Source: Flavobacteriales bacterium
GTDB lineage: Bacteria > Bacteroidota > Bacteroidia > Palsa-965
Direction: 5' to 3'
Assembly: GCA_040377305.1 (NCBI GenBank)
Contig: JBEIPA010000004.1
Coordinates: 160,001 to 224,000 of the forward strand
Length of the DNA: 64,000 bases
Below, piece after piece: positions 28,601-39,200 of the stretch; positions within the stretch are counted from its first letter, which is position 1, and the number at the start of each line of letters is the position of its first letter. A program made the position numbers and the translations under genes. The notes below the pieces were generated by a model. The model was not told where the DNA came from, made no database searches, and saw only the letters and a list, made by a program, of their open reading frames with translations.

Positions 28601-28798
28601 CCAATACGGTCCACAACCGCATGTTGCTGCGTCAGAGAAACCATTGATGGTTACGTCTGCCGGATTTACTGTTTGGGAGGGGCTAACAATTGTAACACCG
28701 TGACACGCATTCGCAGATTTAACTCCAGCGAAAAGCACCACTGTTGCAATGAAAATTGCCTTGATGAATCCCTTGTACTTCGTAGAAAATTGTTTCAT
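25634..28798 (-). CDS. Large T9SS type B cargo (gliding-motility-associated/CHU_C CTD) with Ig-like, SprB-like and PKD repeats
   Basis: CTD LPNVFTPNNDTRNDWF...VFDRWG...WDG...DGVYYY; Thr-rich repeats; signal peptide ending ANA. Confidence 0.9.
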   Translation of the reverse strand: MKQFSTKYKGFIKAIFIATVVLFAGVKSANACHGVTIVSPSQTVNPADVTINGFSDAATCGCGPYWMEVEVTCDPNGFTGASPVPSSPLWGTAPWYHSLLNPPAPENCVVEPYFPIVIPFNQLCPGTQYYWRVRELVENPTSPGPWSASFTFTTPGLPPSAILSTTSELLSTGNPQYSGCPGDLFQFDASVSGGCPGATFTYSWTPTVGLSNPNIANPICTLQTAPAVQIYTVTVTGGCFTITSNDDTVSVSIGPPPSAGVPTASPTGLCSGQSSWVVLSGQSAGTIQWQVSTNAVTWFNVGTNNDSLNTGPLSSSLFYHAIVTGTGWPGSGCGSSVSPPVQVTVNQSPVADAGQNTSVCSGGCTNLTGSGGVTYNWMPGNLSGSTVNVCPPSTTTYTLYITDANGCSDSDMVTVNISMPVVTASPSVSICNGNSTILVASGQPGQTYSWQPSGTLTGANTANPTATPTVTTTYTVTATNLFGCTAVDSVLVQVTTAPPITALGDTTFCAGGIATLSVSGATSYSWSPGNMTGSSVTVNPTTTTTYVVTGNTNNCITTDTVIVNVSPAPSVYAGPDFSVCGGTQVTLNVGVAGGTYAWSPAGSIIGATNTQSVVAAPTGNTSYTVNVIAANGCISADTINVTVNQQPNITASTPDDTICLGETALINGVGGLSYVWTPNIALQSQTAANNQATPSNTTTYTVTGTDANGCTSSASITIVVNPVPQVGFTSTSSVCGGATGGIQFFGSIGGTPPFTYSIGSNPVTMPITGIGPGLYAVTYTDANGCTGLAGVDVYSIDPNVSFVSVASECGDTSGQINLDQIVSGVAPFTYQIGSTTYTMPITGLAPGSYTVTYTDANGCSGVTGVTVFTQNTAFVNASADPNFGTYPLTVNFGASGSPGLTNWTWTFGDSNTGNGQAPTNIYGAPGVYEVVVMAYNSSPGCAVYDTIYVTVVEEATMALPNVFTPNNDTRNDWFAATVSGVSDIKVEVFDRWGTLIYNGEQSGLAPAPQVIDLWDGKDKGKPATDGVYYYVVTAIGYDTKTYPMSGFVQLVTGP

Positions 28799-28982
28799 GT
28801 TCTAGTTAGGTTCTCGTTCCTGATACCGGCTTGCCGACCGTATTATGTACCGAATTGCAAATCTGCAAAAAAAATCGCAGATTTTGTTAACAAAACAGGC
28901 AAAAAATGCGGTCGGATTTCGCTTATGTTTTGGGTAATTTCGACCCGGTTATCACCCCCGATCCGCCGGTGCGGAGAATTGT

Positions 28983-31352
28983 ATGGCGAGAAAAAGCAAA
29001 AAAAGCGGCTCTTATGTGTTTGAGGACATTCTTAAACTGCTCGAAAATCATCCGGGCAAGGCCTGGAATTACAAACAGGTCGCCTCAGAACTCAGGATCC
29101 ATAGTCACGAAGATCGGGCTATGGTTCAGTTGCTGCTCGATGATCTCGTGAAGAAGGGACAGGTCGAAGAAGTAGATCGCGGCAAATTCAGGATAAAATC
29201 GGGGGATAAAATCGTTACGGGCATTCTCGACATGACCGCTTCCGGTGCTGCATATGTTAAAACGCCGGATCTGGAACAGGATGTTTTCATTGCTCCAAGA
29301 AATACGTTCGGAAGTTTTCATGGAGACACGGTAGCCGTTCAGCTGTTTCGTAAGCGAAAGCCAGGAGCTCAGGAGGAAGGTGAAGTAAAGCAGATCGTAA
29401 AGCGCGGCAGAACAGAATTTGTGGCAACACTCGAAGTTGAAAATCGTGTGGCTTTCGGAATTACTGACAATAAAAAATATCCGGACTTTATCATTCCCAA
29501 AGACAAAATCGGGAAAGCTAAAGACGGAGAGAAAGTGGTTGTGCGCTTCACAGATTGGGAAGATTATTCTGATTTACCTCGCGGGGAAGTGGCAGCTGTT
29601 CTTGGACAGCCTGGCGAGAATAACACCGAGATTCATGCGATTATGGTGGAATACGGATTACCGTATGAATTTCCACCCGACGTTGAGCGCGTTGCTTCTC
29701 TCATTCCAACCGAAATTACGAAGGAGGAAATTGCAAAGCGACGCGATTTCCGCTCGACGCTCACATTTACAATCGATCCATTTGATGCGAAAGATTTCGA
29801 TGATGCTTTGTCGATTAAGAAGCTGGACAATGGTCATTGGGAAATCGGCGTTCACATTGCCGATGTTTCACATTATCTGCATCCCGGAACATTGCTCGAC
29901 AAAGAGGCGATAATACGTGCAACTTCGGTTTACTTAGTTGATCGCGTTGTACCGATGTTGCCCGAAGTGCTGTCCAATTTTGTGTGCTCACTTCGTCCGA
30001 ATGAAGAGAAATTAACTTTCTCTGCTGTCTTTGAACTGGACGAAGAGGGAACTGTTCACTCCGAGTGGTTCGGAAGAACAGTAATCAATTCTGCGAGGAG
30101 ATTTACTTACGAAGATGTTCAGGAAATTCTCGAAGGAGCAGAAGGTGATCATAAAACTGAATTACACGTTCTCGATAAAATTGCGAAGCATTTACGTGCA
30201 GCGCGAATGGCAAAAGGATCACTCACATTTGATAAAGCCGAAGTGAAATTCAATCTCGACGAGAAAGGAAATCCTACGGGCGTTTATTTCAAGGTGATGA
30301 AAGATTCGAATCAGCTCATTGAGGATTTCATGTTGCTTGCGAATCGTCGCGTTGCCGAATACGTTGCACTCCAGCGCAAAGCTGGCGAAGCTCCGAAAAA
30401 ACAAACTGATAATCGTCGTCCGTTTGTTTATCGAATTCACGCCACGCCAAATCCGGATAAAATTTCAGAGTTCTCGAATTTCGTTGGCACTTTCGGCTAC
30501 AAGATAAATGCAGGAAGTGACGGAGCTATTGCTCAATCGCTCAACAAACTTCTGAAAGATGTTCAGGGAAAACCCGAACAGAGCATGATTGAAACACTTG
30601 CAATCCGTACAATGGCGAAAGCTATTTATTCAACCAACAACATTGGTCACTACGGATTAGGCTTTCAGTTTTATTCTCACTTCACATCACCAATTCGTCG
30701 TTACCCGGATGTACTTGCGCATCGGTTGCTGCAATTGTATCTCGATCGCGACGCTGGAAAAACCAAAGAGCTTCCTCCGGATGTTGAATCACTTGAAGAG
30801 GAGTGTAAACATTGTTCGGAGCGAGAAAAGCTCGCAGCAGAAGCAGAGCGCGCATCTATTAAGTACAAGCAGGTTCAGTTCTTACAGGATAAAATCGGAC
30901 AGATTTTCCCGGCACTGATTTCCGGTGTAACTGAGTTCGGATTGTTTGCTGAGCTTGAAGGCAACAAGTGCGAAGGAATGGTGCATGTACGCAATATGAA
31001 AGATGACCGTTATGTATTCGAAGCGGAAAGCTACCGTATGCGCGGAATACGAACTGGTCGTTTGTTTCAGCTTGGAGATAAAGTTCACGTACGTATTAAA
31101 TCTGCCGATTTGCTCAAGAAGCAAATTGATTTTGAGTTGGTAGATGGAGAGGGTGGAGAAGATCTCAAAAGGGAAACTGCCGCCGAGCGCAAAACTCGTT
31201 TCGATCGCGAAGAAGAAGAGGGAGGAAAATTTCATCCTACGAAACCGCAATTGTGGAATCCGGCAGGTGAACTAGGTACAGGCGGCGATCGCAAGCCAAA
31301 ACACCGCAGCAAAGACCAGCGCGACAACAAGGGAAAGAAAAAGAATCGTTGA
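28983..31352 (+). CDS. rnr: Ribonuclease R
   Basis: RNB motifs TIDPFDAKDFDDA, GVHIADVS and HFTSPIRRYPD, plus a C-terminal S1 domain. Confidence 0.96.
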   Translation: MARKSKKSGSYVFEDILKLLENHPGKAWNYKQVASELRIHSHEDRAMVQLLLDDLVKKGQVEEVDRGKFRIKSGDKIVTGILDMTASGAAYVKTPDLEQDVFIAPRNTFGSFHGDTVAVQLFRKRKPGAQEEGEVKQIVKRGRTEFVATLEVENRVAFGITDNKKYPDFIIPKDKIGKAKDGEKVVVRFTDWEDYSDLPRGEVAAVLGQPGENNTEIHAIMVEYGLPYEFPPDVERVASLIPTEITKEEIAKRRDFRSTLTFTIDPFDAKDFDDALSIKKLDNGHWEIGVHIADVSHYLHPGTLLDKEAIIRATSVYLVDRVVPMLPEVLSNFVCSLRPNEEKLTFSAVFELDEEGTVHSEWFGRTVINSARRFTYEDVQEILEGAEGDHKTELHVLDKIAKHLRAARMAKGSLTFDKAEVKFNLDEKGNPTGVYFKVMKDSNQLIEDFMLLANRRVAEYVALQRKAGEAPKKQTDNRRPFVYRIHATPNPDKISEFSNFVGTFGYKINAGSDGAIAQSLNKLLKDVQGKPEQSMIETLAIRTMAKAIYSTNNIGHYGLGFQFYSHFTSPIRRYPDVLAHRLLQLYLDRDAGKTKELPPDVESLEEECKHCSEREKLAAEAERASIKYKQVQFLQDKIGQIFPALISGVTEFGLFAELEGNKCEGMVHVRNMKDDRYVFEAESYRMRGIRTGRLFQLGDKVHVRIKSADLLKKQIDFELVDGEGGEDLKRETAAERKTRFDREEEEGGKFHPTKPQLWNPAGELGTGGDRKPKHRSKDQRDNKGKKKNR

Positions 31353-31418
31353 GTTTCATGTGATGTGATTGGGAAGTGTTCTATATTAGTTATGGCAACA
31401 CACTTTTTCCTGAATCAC

Positions 31419-33194
31419 ATGCGCAAACTTCTACTCTACTCCATTCTGTTTTCGTGCGGAACATCATTTGCACAATCTGCGCTTCCTGTAATTGAATGGG
31501 CGAATTACGCTACCGGAACACCCGGTGTAGCAACCTATTCCTATTCCTCGTGCTACGACAGAAACGGGAATTCATTTATACTGGGAGCTTTCAACAATCA
31601 ATCGGGAACGCTCGATATTGATCCTTCTGCCAACACATGTCTTCTGAACGACTATGTGGGTATGTTCATTGCGAAGTATGACCCAAACGGCTCTATGCTT
31701 TGGGGAAAGCAGATAGACATCACCACGCTTCAGATGCAATCAAGTGTAACGCCTAGAAATATTGCCTGTGATGATTCCGGAAATGTTTACATCACAGGTG
31801 CGCTCACCGATGTCAATGTAGATTTCGACATGGCGAACGCCTCGAATCCTGTTCTCACCACTGCGGGTGGTTTCGATTTATTCCTCGCGAAGTATTCTCC
31901 GGTGGGAAATCTTGTCTGGGCTTTTCTTCTTGGATCAACTGCACATGAAGAAGGTTTGAGTATGGTTTCTTACGGCGACAAACTATACATCGCCGGACAA
32001 TATGGTTGCTTCACCGATTTTGATCCCGACACGGGTACGCATGTCCCTCCTATTTCACAATTCTGTGTTTCCGGATTTCTCGCTTGCTACACCACAAACG
32101 GAGATTTTGTTTGGCAGAATTCGTATTGCGGGCCTTCTCTTTCTGCTGCGGGCTATGGAATTCCGAATACGGTTCGCATGGATTCGAATTATGATCTCGT
32201 GATTTGCGGGCGAATGGGTGGTGTGGTCGATTATAATCCGGGCGCGGGACTCGACACTCTTTCTGTTCAACCAACAGGAGGCTCTGATGGCTTCTTCGCG
32301 AAGTTTGACACAAGCGGGAATTTCATTTTCGCGAAATCGCTCGCGACCATTACTGATATGGTGTTTCCATATCTTGATGTAGATGGAAACGATAATATCA
32401 TCATCGCAGGTTCTTTCAACGGTATTGTTGATTTCGATCCGTCTGCAAGTGTTTACACCGATACTGCGAGCGATTATCTGGTTTCGGGCGCCACCGATGT
32501 GTTTCTGGCGAAGTACAACAGCAGCGGAAGTTTGCTCTGGGAAAAATCGTTCGGCAGAACCGGTTATGAAGATCTTGTTACGTTGGCTGTTGATGATGCA
32601 AACCATATTCTTCTCGGTGGACAATTCGGAGATTCGGTCGACATCGATTTTGGTTCTGGCGTCTATATGTTATACGATCCTCTTAATAACAACGGTCTCA
32701 CCGATGCATTCGCAATCAAGTACGACGAGAATGGAAATATCCTGTTTGGATTTTCAATTTCCGGTGCGTCGTATGATCGCGTGTCTAGTGTTTCATGTTA
32801 TAACGAGCAATTCATTATAAGCGGAACGCATACTGCAACGTGGGACTTTGATCCGACGTCTGGCACATATACGGTTCCTGCGCTCACAACGAATGGTCCG
32901 AATTATTTCCATGCGCAGTATTTCGATACGGCCATGGCGATTTCTGTTCCCGAGTTGTTCGTTGACAACGGTTTATTCGCATATCCGAATCCGTGCACAG
33001 AATACTTGTACGTTCCCTCTGCGAATGAATTTGAATCGTATACCATCGTTGACGCCCAGGGAAGAATAGTTGTTTCATCGAAATCCAACTCCACAATTGA
33101 CGTTTCGTCGCTTGCCCCCGGAGTTTATTACCTCTCATTCTTCGCAGAAAACGCAGGAGTTGCGCGAATGTCGTTCGTAAAAACTGAACCGTAA
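31419..33194 (+). CDS. T9SS type A cargo with SBBP-like beta-propeller repeats
   Basis: Repeated D..GN.(Y/I)I.G...VDFDP...D.FLAKY...G...W units and a YPNP CTD. Confidence 0.85.
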   Translation: MRKLLLYSILFSCGTSFAQSALPVIEWANYATGTPGVATYSYSSCYDRNGNSFILGAFNNQSGTLDIDPSANTCLLNDYVGMFIAKYDPNGSMLWGKQIDITTLQMQSSVTPRNIACDDSGNVYITGALTDVNVDFDMANASNPVLTTAGGFDLFLAKYSPVGNLVWAFLLGSTAHEEGLSMVSYGDKLYIAGQYGCFTDFDPDTGTHVPPISQFCVSGFLACYTTNGDFVWQNSYCGPSLSAAGYGIPNTVRMDSNYDLVICGRMGGVVDYNPGAGLDTLSVQPTGGSDGFFAKFDTSGNFIFAKSLATITDMVFPYLDVDGNDNIIIAGSFNGIVDFDPSASVYTDTASDYLVSGATDVFLAKYNSSGSLLWEKSFGRTGYEDLVTLAVDDANHILLGGQFGDSVDIDFGSGVYMLYDPLNNNGLTDAFAIKYDENGNILFGFSISGASYDRVSSVSCYNEQFIISGTHTATWDFDPTSGTYTVPALTTNGPNYFHAQYFDTAMAISVPELFVDNGLFAYPNPCTEYLYVPSANEFESYTIVDAQGRIVVSSKSNSTIDVSSLAPGVYYLSFFAENAGVARMSFVKTEP

Positions 33195-33232
33195 ATCCTT
33201 TTTTATATCTTTTCTAAAGCAAACTTCTTCTC

Positions 33233-34267
33233 ATGAAAAAATATTTACTCGTAGTTTCTGCATCGTTCGTAGCTCAATTTTCTTTTGCACAGGTTGTAGT
33301 TTCTCCGTCGGGTTCGGCTGGACAAATCGCGACATTGCTCACTGGTAACGGGGTAGTAATGTCTAATGTGGTCATCACGGGCGACACGAACGCTTACGGC
33401 AACTTTACATCAGTAGGTTCTTCGCTGGGAATGAACGGCGGATTAGTAATCACTACCGGTGCTGCGTTGAATGTGGTCGGTCCTAATAATAATACCGCTC
33501 AGGGAACATGCAATGGATCCACCTTTACCGATCCTCAGCTAACGGCAGTTGAACCAATGGCATTCAACGATGTGTGCATTATTGAAATGGATTGCGTTCC
33601 TAACGACGATACGCTCTACTTCAATTATGTTTTTGGCTCTGAGGAATATCCGGAGTTTGTCTTCGCATCATTCAATGATGCGTTCGGAATTTTCGTCGAT
33701 GGGACAAATCCGGCCGGTGGAAATTACACTGGATCAAATATGACCCTGCTGCCAACCGGAGGGCCCGTTACAATCAACAATGTGAACGCTACCGTAAATA
33801 GCCAATACTACGTAACGAACAACGATACCATGTTGCAGTATGATGGCTTAACAACCAATTTAACAGCAGTCATTCCTGTTGTTCCGGGACAGACTTATCA
33901 CCTGAAAATTATTGTAGCAGATGCGGGCGATTGCATTTACGATTCCGGTGTATTTCTTCAGGCGGGAAGTTTCCGTTGTGCGGGACAACCGCTTGATGCA
34001 CCAGCGCCAGTTGCGCCTAAATCAACCGTTGCGGTCTATCCGGTTCCAACATCAACAAATCTGAATTTCTCATTCTCAACATTGACGAATGAAAATGTGG
34101 ATATCGTGTTCTATTCTCTCGATGGAAAAGCTGTTTTCGCTCGCAATTCACAAGCTGTGAACAATGTTGTTTCTGTGGATGTTTCTGCGCTTGCGGAAGG
34201 AATGTACATCGCGGAAATTATACACGACGGGGTTCGCGAAACAAAACGGATTGCAATCAGCGAGTAA
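33233..34267 (+). CDS. Choice-of-anchor L domain T9SS protein
   Basis: Motifs FNYVFGSEEYPEFV...FNDAFG, QYDG.T and YHLKIIVADAGD..YDSGVFL; VYPVP CTD. Confidence 0.85.
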   Translation: MKKYLLVVSASFVAQFSFAQVVVSPSGSAGQIATLLTGNGVVMSNVVITGDTNAYGNFTSVGSSLGMNGGLVITTGAALNVVGPNNNTAQGTCNGSTFTDPQLTAVEPMAFNDVCIIEMDCVPNDDTLYFNYVFGSEEYPEFVFASFNDAFGIFVDGTNPAGGNYTGSNMTLLPTGGPVTINNVNATVNSQYYVTNNDTMLQYDGLTTNLTAVIPVVPGQTYHLKIIVADAGDCIYDSGVFLQAGSFRCAGQPLDAPAPVAPKSTVAVYPVPTSTNLNFSFSTLTNENVDIVFYSLDGKAVFARNSQAVNNVVSVDVSALAEGMYIAEIIHDGVRETKRIAISE

Positions 34268-34351
34268 TTCTTTCCGCCTTCGACGGAGTTTGTGCTGAGC
34301 GCGTCCCGATAGCTAACGGGAAAAGCGCAGAGTCTGATCAGAATTAACTTT

Positions 34352-34407
34352 CGCGGAAGAATTTCGGGCAGCACTTTGTTTTACTCGCGTAGCGAGTCGA
34401 AAATTTT
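34352..34407. repeat. Copy 1 of a degenerate ~55-bp repeat abutting the stop codon of the 34408..34899 gene
   Basis: cgcggaagaattt ... gcgtagcgagtcgaaaatttt. Confidence 0.7.
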
Positions 34408-34899
34408 TTAACGCGCCGGCTGTTTTATCGGAATCGCTATTCCTTTCTCGTTAAGCTGCTCATCATTCACCGAATCAAGGTCGACGAATTCGAATTGCAC
34501 GTGGCTGTAGTACACTTTGCCCAGCGCTTTCCGAATGGATTCCAAATCCACTTTTGCGAAATCTCTTGATCGCAGCCCGACAAAAAAGCTGGTTTGGTCT
34601 GCGCGCTCCAGAAATTTTATTTCTGTAATTCCCAGTGAATCGCAATCAAGTCCGGCGAATACTTTTCTGAAGTTGATAATGTCGGTTTGAAGCATGGCCG
34701 GGCCTTCAATGTGATGTTCCTTATCTGTTTCTCTTTTTTTGAAAAACACATAAACATATCGCGCAGCCGCAAGTGCAATAATTACGACGAGGTATTTTCC
34801 GATGCCCCAGCCGGTTTCTTTCAGGAGCATGGCGCTCACGAGTAATGTTAGAAACAGGGCAACTACAAACGCGAGGGCGGCGAGAAGATATTTCAGCAT
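34408..34899 (-). CDS. Hypothetical protein with two N-terminal TM helices
   Basis: 163-aa ORF with ATG start and two hydrophobic segments followed by a soluble domain. Confidence 0.7.
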   Translation of the reverse strand: MLKYLLAALAFVVALFLTLLVSAMLLKETGWGIGKYLVVIIALAAARYVYVFFKKRETDKEHHIEGPAMLQTDIINFRKVFAGLDCDSLGITEIKFLERADQTSFFVGLRSRDFAKVDLESIRKALGKVYYSHVQFEFVDLDSVNDEQLNEKGIAIPIKQPAR

Positions 34900-34936
34900 G
34901 AGAATTTTGAAATGGAATTACCAAGCTAAGAAAACC

Positions 34937-34988
34937 CGCGGAAAAAATTCTGGTGGGTGGTTGGAATGAGCGTAGCGAGTCGAAATTT
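34937..34988. repeat. Copy 2 of the degenerate repeat, abutting the stop codon of the 34989..35441 gene
   Basis: cgcggaaaaaattc ... gcgtagcgagtcgaaattt. Confidence 0.7.
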
Positions 34989-35441
34989 TTAAGACGGCGG
35001 AAGACGTTCGTCGTATTCAAATGGGTTTCGTCCCTCTACACTTAGATCGTGCACGACCTTTGCATAAGTATAACAGCGGCTACAGAAATCATACTTCATA
35101 CGTCCACGTTTCGTTGTTCTTGAGACCATGTCCTTATTGCATCGAGTACACGTGGACGCCCACGAACGAAATATTACTATACCAAGAACGAATATTGCTA
35201 ACGCGCCGAAACCTAATACAAGCAGATTGAAAGATAGGAATGCAATCAGAGTGACGAACAGAAGAAGAACACCGCAAATTTTTAAAGTGTTTAATAATGC
35301 ACCCGTTCGAACCGTCCTTATCCTTTCCATATTTAAGAACTCTACCTTCGCATCGTACGGTATATTGGCATTGGAAACCTCCAGAGAAGCTTTTGTCTCC
35401 AAAAGTTTTTGAATGCGGTTTGCCGTTGATTCTATATCCAT
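34989..35441 (-). CDS. Hypothetical two-TM protein with a C-terminal CxxC...CxxC zinc ribbon
   Basis: Two TM segments, then CTRC...CSRC. Confidence 0.65.
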   Translation of the reverse strand: MDIESTANRIQKLLETKASLEVSNANIPYDAKVEFLNMERIRTVRTGALLNTLKICGVLLLFVTLIAFLSFNLLVLGFGALAIFVLGIVIFRSWASTCTRCNKDMVSRTTKRGRMKYDFCSRCYTYAKVVHDLSVEGRNPFEYDERLPPS

Positions 35442-35468
35442 AAAAAATCCCGGTAATTAGCCGGGATT
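35442..35468 (-). terminator. Terminator after the LytTR regulator
   Basis: Stem aatcccgg / ccgggatt with an A run on the + strand. Confidence 0.75.
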
Positions 35469-35474
35469 CCCTTT

Positions 35475-36227
35475 TTATACTTGATTGATCTTTTTCGTCA
35501 GTTCGTCTTTGTATGAACCTCCGATCGGAATCGGTTTCTTTTCGTCTTCGAGCAGCAGGTTTGGCGACTCGATTGCAACGATCTTGTCGATACGCACAAT
35601 GAACGAACGGTGAACACGCACAAACTCGTTTGGAGAAAGTTTGCGTTCGATATCTTTCATTGTAGAGTGGATCGTGTAACGCGCATTGAGCGTATTGATC
35701 ACCACGTAGTCTTTCAAAGCTTCGATGAAGTAAATATCCTTTGTGCGGACTTTCACCAAACGCGAATTTGATTTCACGAAGATGATGTCTTTGAAATCCT
35801 TGTTCTCGACAATCGAGTACAGGAAGTCGCGCTCTTTGCGGATATCAGTTTCTTTCTGGTGCTTGTATTGCGCCATCTCGATAGACGTGCGCAAATCAAT
35901 TTCCTTGAAAGGCTTAATGATGTATCCGTAAGGCTCAGTAATTTTTGCTTTGCTGAGCGTGCTTTCGTCGGCGTATGCCGTGAGGTAAATGATTGGAATG
36001 TTGAAGCGGGCGCGTATTTGCTCCGCTGCTTCAATTCCGCTCATCTCGCCTTTCAGCATGATGTCCATGAGCACAAGATCAGGGGAATGTTCTTCCGCTG
36101 CACGGATTGCATCTTCACCATTGGAGCAAAGAGCGACTACGTTGTAGCCAAGCTTGCGCAACGACATCTGAATGTCTTTGGCAACGATGCTCTCATCCTC
36201 AACGATCAGGATATTGGTTTTAGACAT
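35475..36227 (-). CDS. Response regulator (REC + LytTR)
   Basis: ILIVEDE, DLVLMDI and KPF in the REC domain; IYFIEALKDYV and FVRVHRSFIV in the LytTR domain. Confidence 0.93.
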   Translation of the reverse strand: MSKTNILIVEDESIVAKDIQMSLRKLGYNVVALCSNGEDAIRAAEEHSPDLVLMDIMLKGEMSGIEAAEQIRARFNIPIIYLTAYADESTLSKAKITEPYGYIIKPFKEIDLRTSIEMAQYKHQKETDIRKERDFLYSIVENKDFKDIIFVKSNSRLVKVRTKDIYFIEALKDYVVINTLNARYTIHSTMKDIERKLSPNEFVRVHRSFIVRIDKIVAIESPNLLLEDEKKPIPIGGSYKDELTKKINQV

Positions 36228-36232
36228 ATCGG

Positions 36233-39200
36233 CTATTGATTAGTCCGGGGTGGAACAAATTCGATGGTGAATTTACTTCCTTTTTTCGTTTCAAGGGCTA
36301 TTTTCCCGTTGATTTGCTCCACGAGCGTGACTACAAGCTGTAATCCGAGCGATTCTGTGTTGCGGAAATCGATGTTTTCGGGCAATCCTTTTCCATTATC
36401 GGCTATTACGATTATTAGCGTTTCTCCCGAAGTCTTAACCACTACATCGAGTCTTCCCGCTTCTTTTCCTTTGAACGCATACTTGAGCGCATTTGAAATG
36501 AGCTCGTTGATGATGAGTCCGCATGGAATTGCCGTATCGAGATTGAGCTGGATACTTTCGAGATCCATGTTCAGCTGCGGAGGATTATCCGGGTTAGAGT
36601 ACGAATGCACCAGGTTGCTGCAGATGTTCTCCACGTACGAAGAGAAATTGATGTTCGAGAAGTCTTTTGTTTGATATAGGCTCTCATGTACAAATGCCAT
36701 CGACTTAATCCGGTTCTGAGATTCGAGCAACAAGTCCAGACTCTTCTTGTCTTTTACGTAGGAAGACTGGAGATTCAGGATAGAAGAAATTACCTGCAGG
36801 TTGTTTTTCACCCGGTGGTGAACTTCCTTCAGGAGCACTTCTTTTTCCTTCAGCGACTGCCGGATATTTTCTTCGGCGCCTTTCTGATCGGTGATATCGT
36901 GAGCAATGCAGGAAACTTCAATTACGTTATCGCGCTCGTCTTTAATTGGGTTGAGAAAAACTTCCCGCCAATGAGGAACGCCTCGCTTGTTCACATACTC
37001 GGTTTCAAACTTGATTGTCTCTCCCTTAAACGAGAGATCAATTTTTTCCCTCCAGAACGTATTGTAGCTCTCGGTCGAAACCATGCTTCCCGAAAGGAGG
37101 GGCATTCCCACGTAAGGCTTGATATCGTAATTGTCACGTAGCCATTTCGCCTGGTTGTTGTTGAATGAAACCAATTGATAGTTGTGGTCCATCGTCCAGA
37201 TCATGTGCGAACTACTCTCGAATACTGCACTGAGCTTCGCGGCCTGCAAACGGATTTGTTCTTCCGCCCTGCGCTTCGGCGTTATGTCCTCATAGACATA
37301 CACAAAGTGCAAGGGTTGTCCTGCGGGATCCTTCACCAGTGAAATCGTGATATTCAGAATTACTTCACGTCCTGCTTTATCGCGATAACGTTGCTCATCG
37401 AATACGCGTTCAAATCCGCGCTTGATGAATTCTTTACCTGACGGCAAATGAGAAAGGTCTCCTTTGAGGCGAAGTTCCTGTACGGTCATTCGCTGGAGGT
37501 CTTCCATTTCGTAACCGAGAATGTCACACAAGCGCTGGTTGACTTCGATGAACTTTCCGTTGTCTTTGTCGACCAGTGCAATTCCGATGTAAGCCTGCGA
37601 ATAAATCGCGCGGTATTTTTCTTCGGAAAGACGCAATTCTGTTTCGGCATTTTTGATCGCAGAAATATCCCGCGATACGCCCATGGAACCAATGATATTT
37701 CCGTCCTGATCTTTCAGAATACTCGCGGAAAGAAATGCGGTGAATGATGTTCCGTTTTTCCGCTTGTTCACTACTTCGCCGGAAAAGAAACCATCCTGAA
37801 TCATGAGCATTTCCATCACTTTCATTCGCTCCTCCGGAACCTGATAAAGCATGGTGACGTGTTTGCCGATCACTTCATCGCGCGTATATCCGAAAGTTTG
37901 TGCTGCTGCCTTGTTGAATTCTGTGATGAGTCCAGAGGGATCGGAAGCACAGATCATATCGAGTGATGAGTCAACGAGCATTCGAAGATTTTTTTGCGCT
38001 GCGTTGAGCTCGCGCTCCATTGCAATTCGCTCTTCGATTTCGCGCTGGAGTTTTCGGTTAGTTTCTTCGACGAGTTGCAAGCGCAACTGCTCCGTTTCAA
38101 GTAATCGCTCTGCTGTTATATCGCGGAGAAATATTAATAGACTTTCTTCTCCCTGATATTGGTATTTCGCCGGACGCGATTCCATTTCTATCACTTCGCC
38201 TTTGGTATTCACAAGCTGAATGATTTCGAACGGCGCGTATTGTCCCTGCTTCACTTGTTGCACGCGTTGTGAAGAACGAGCCTGTTGCTCCGGAGTAAGG
38301 AACTTCATGATGTTCTGACCAACGATCTCCGATTCCTGCTCTATTCGGGTTATGCGAAGAACAGCAGGATTGATGAATACAATTTTTCCGGCATGATCGG
38401 CAATTACGATTCCTTCCGGATGTTGTTCTACAAGCGACCGATAACTTTCACGACTATCGATCAGCGCGTTCTCGGCGTGTTTACGTTGTGTGATATCGCG
38501 CGAAATTCCTTCGATGCCCACCACTTTTCCTTCTGCATCAAAGACCGGACGATTACTGGTCTCTGTCCACACCTCTGTTCCGTCTTTCCTGAGTGATCGA
38601 AACACCAGTGGTGGTGCTTCCGGAGAAAATACTTTCGGCGAGTTCTGCATCATGAGCGCAGAAGCCGCTGCCATCTTTTCTTTATCGTCGGGATGACACA
38701 CTTTGAAGCCGAGTCCTGCGTCGGCGTAATACTCTTCCTGCGTGTATCCGGTAATTTTTTCTACCGACGGGCTGATGAATTCGTATCTCGGTGCGGGATA
38801 AAATGTGAGCTTATAAATAATGTCATTTGCGTTCTGAGCAAGTAATCGGAACCGTTCTTCACTATGCAATAGCTGAGTTCTGTTATGAACTTGTTCGGTG
38901 ATGTCTCGTGCAATGCCAATAACTTCTGTCTGATTTCCGTCCTTATCGAACGTAGGAACCACGCGTTCTTCAATCCAGATAAAAGAGTCCGTTTGCTTTT
39001 TGAAATAACGATACAGAAAAGTTCCGGCTTGCTTTGCCTTGCGAAGAGCTTCGGCTTTTTCCTTAACACCGATGATGTCTTCCGGGTGACAGTTATTCAT
39101 GAACATGTTCTGTCCCGTGGTAAACTCCTCGCGTGTGATGCCGAATATTTTTTCGATGTTGCTTCCCACAAATCGAATGCGTTCTTTCTCCGGCTTCGTT

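Noticed and set aside
34268-35470. Bona fide integron
   Set aside because: No intI, and the repeats lack clear RYYYAAC...GTTRRRY attC ends.
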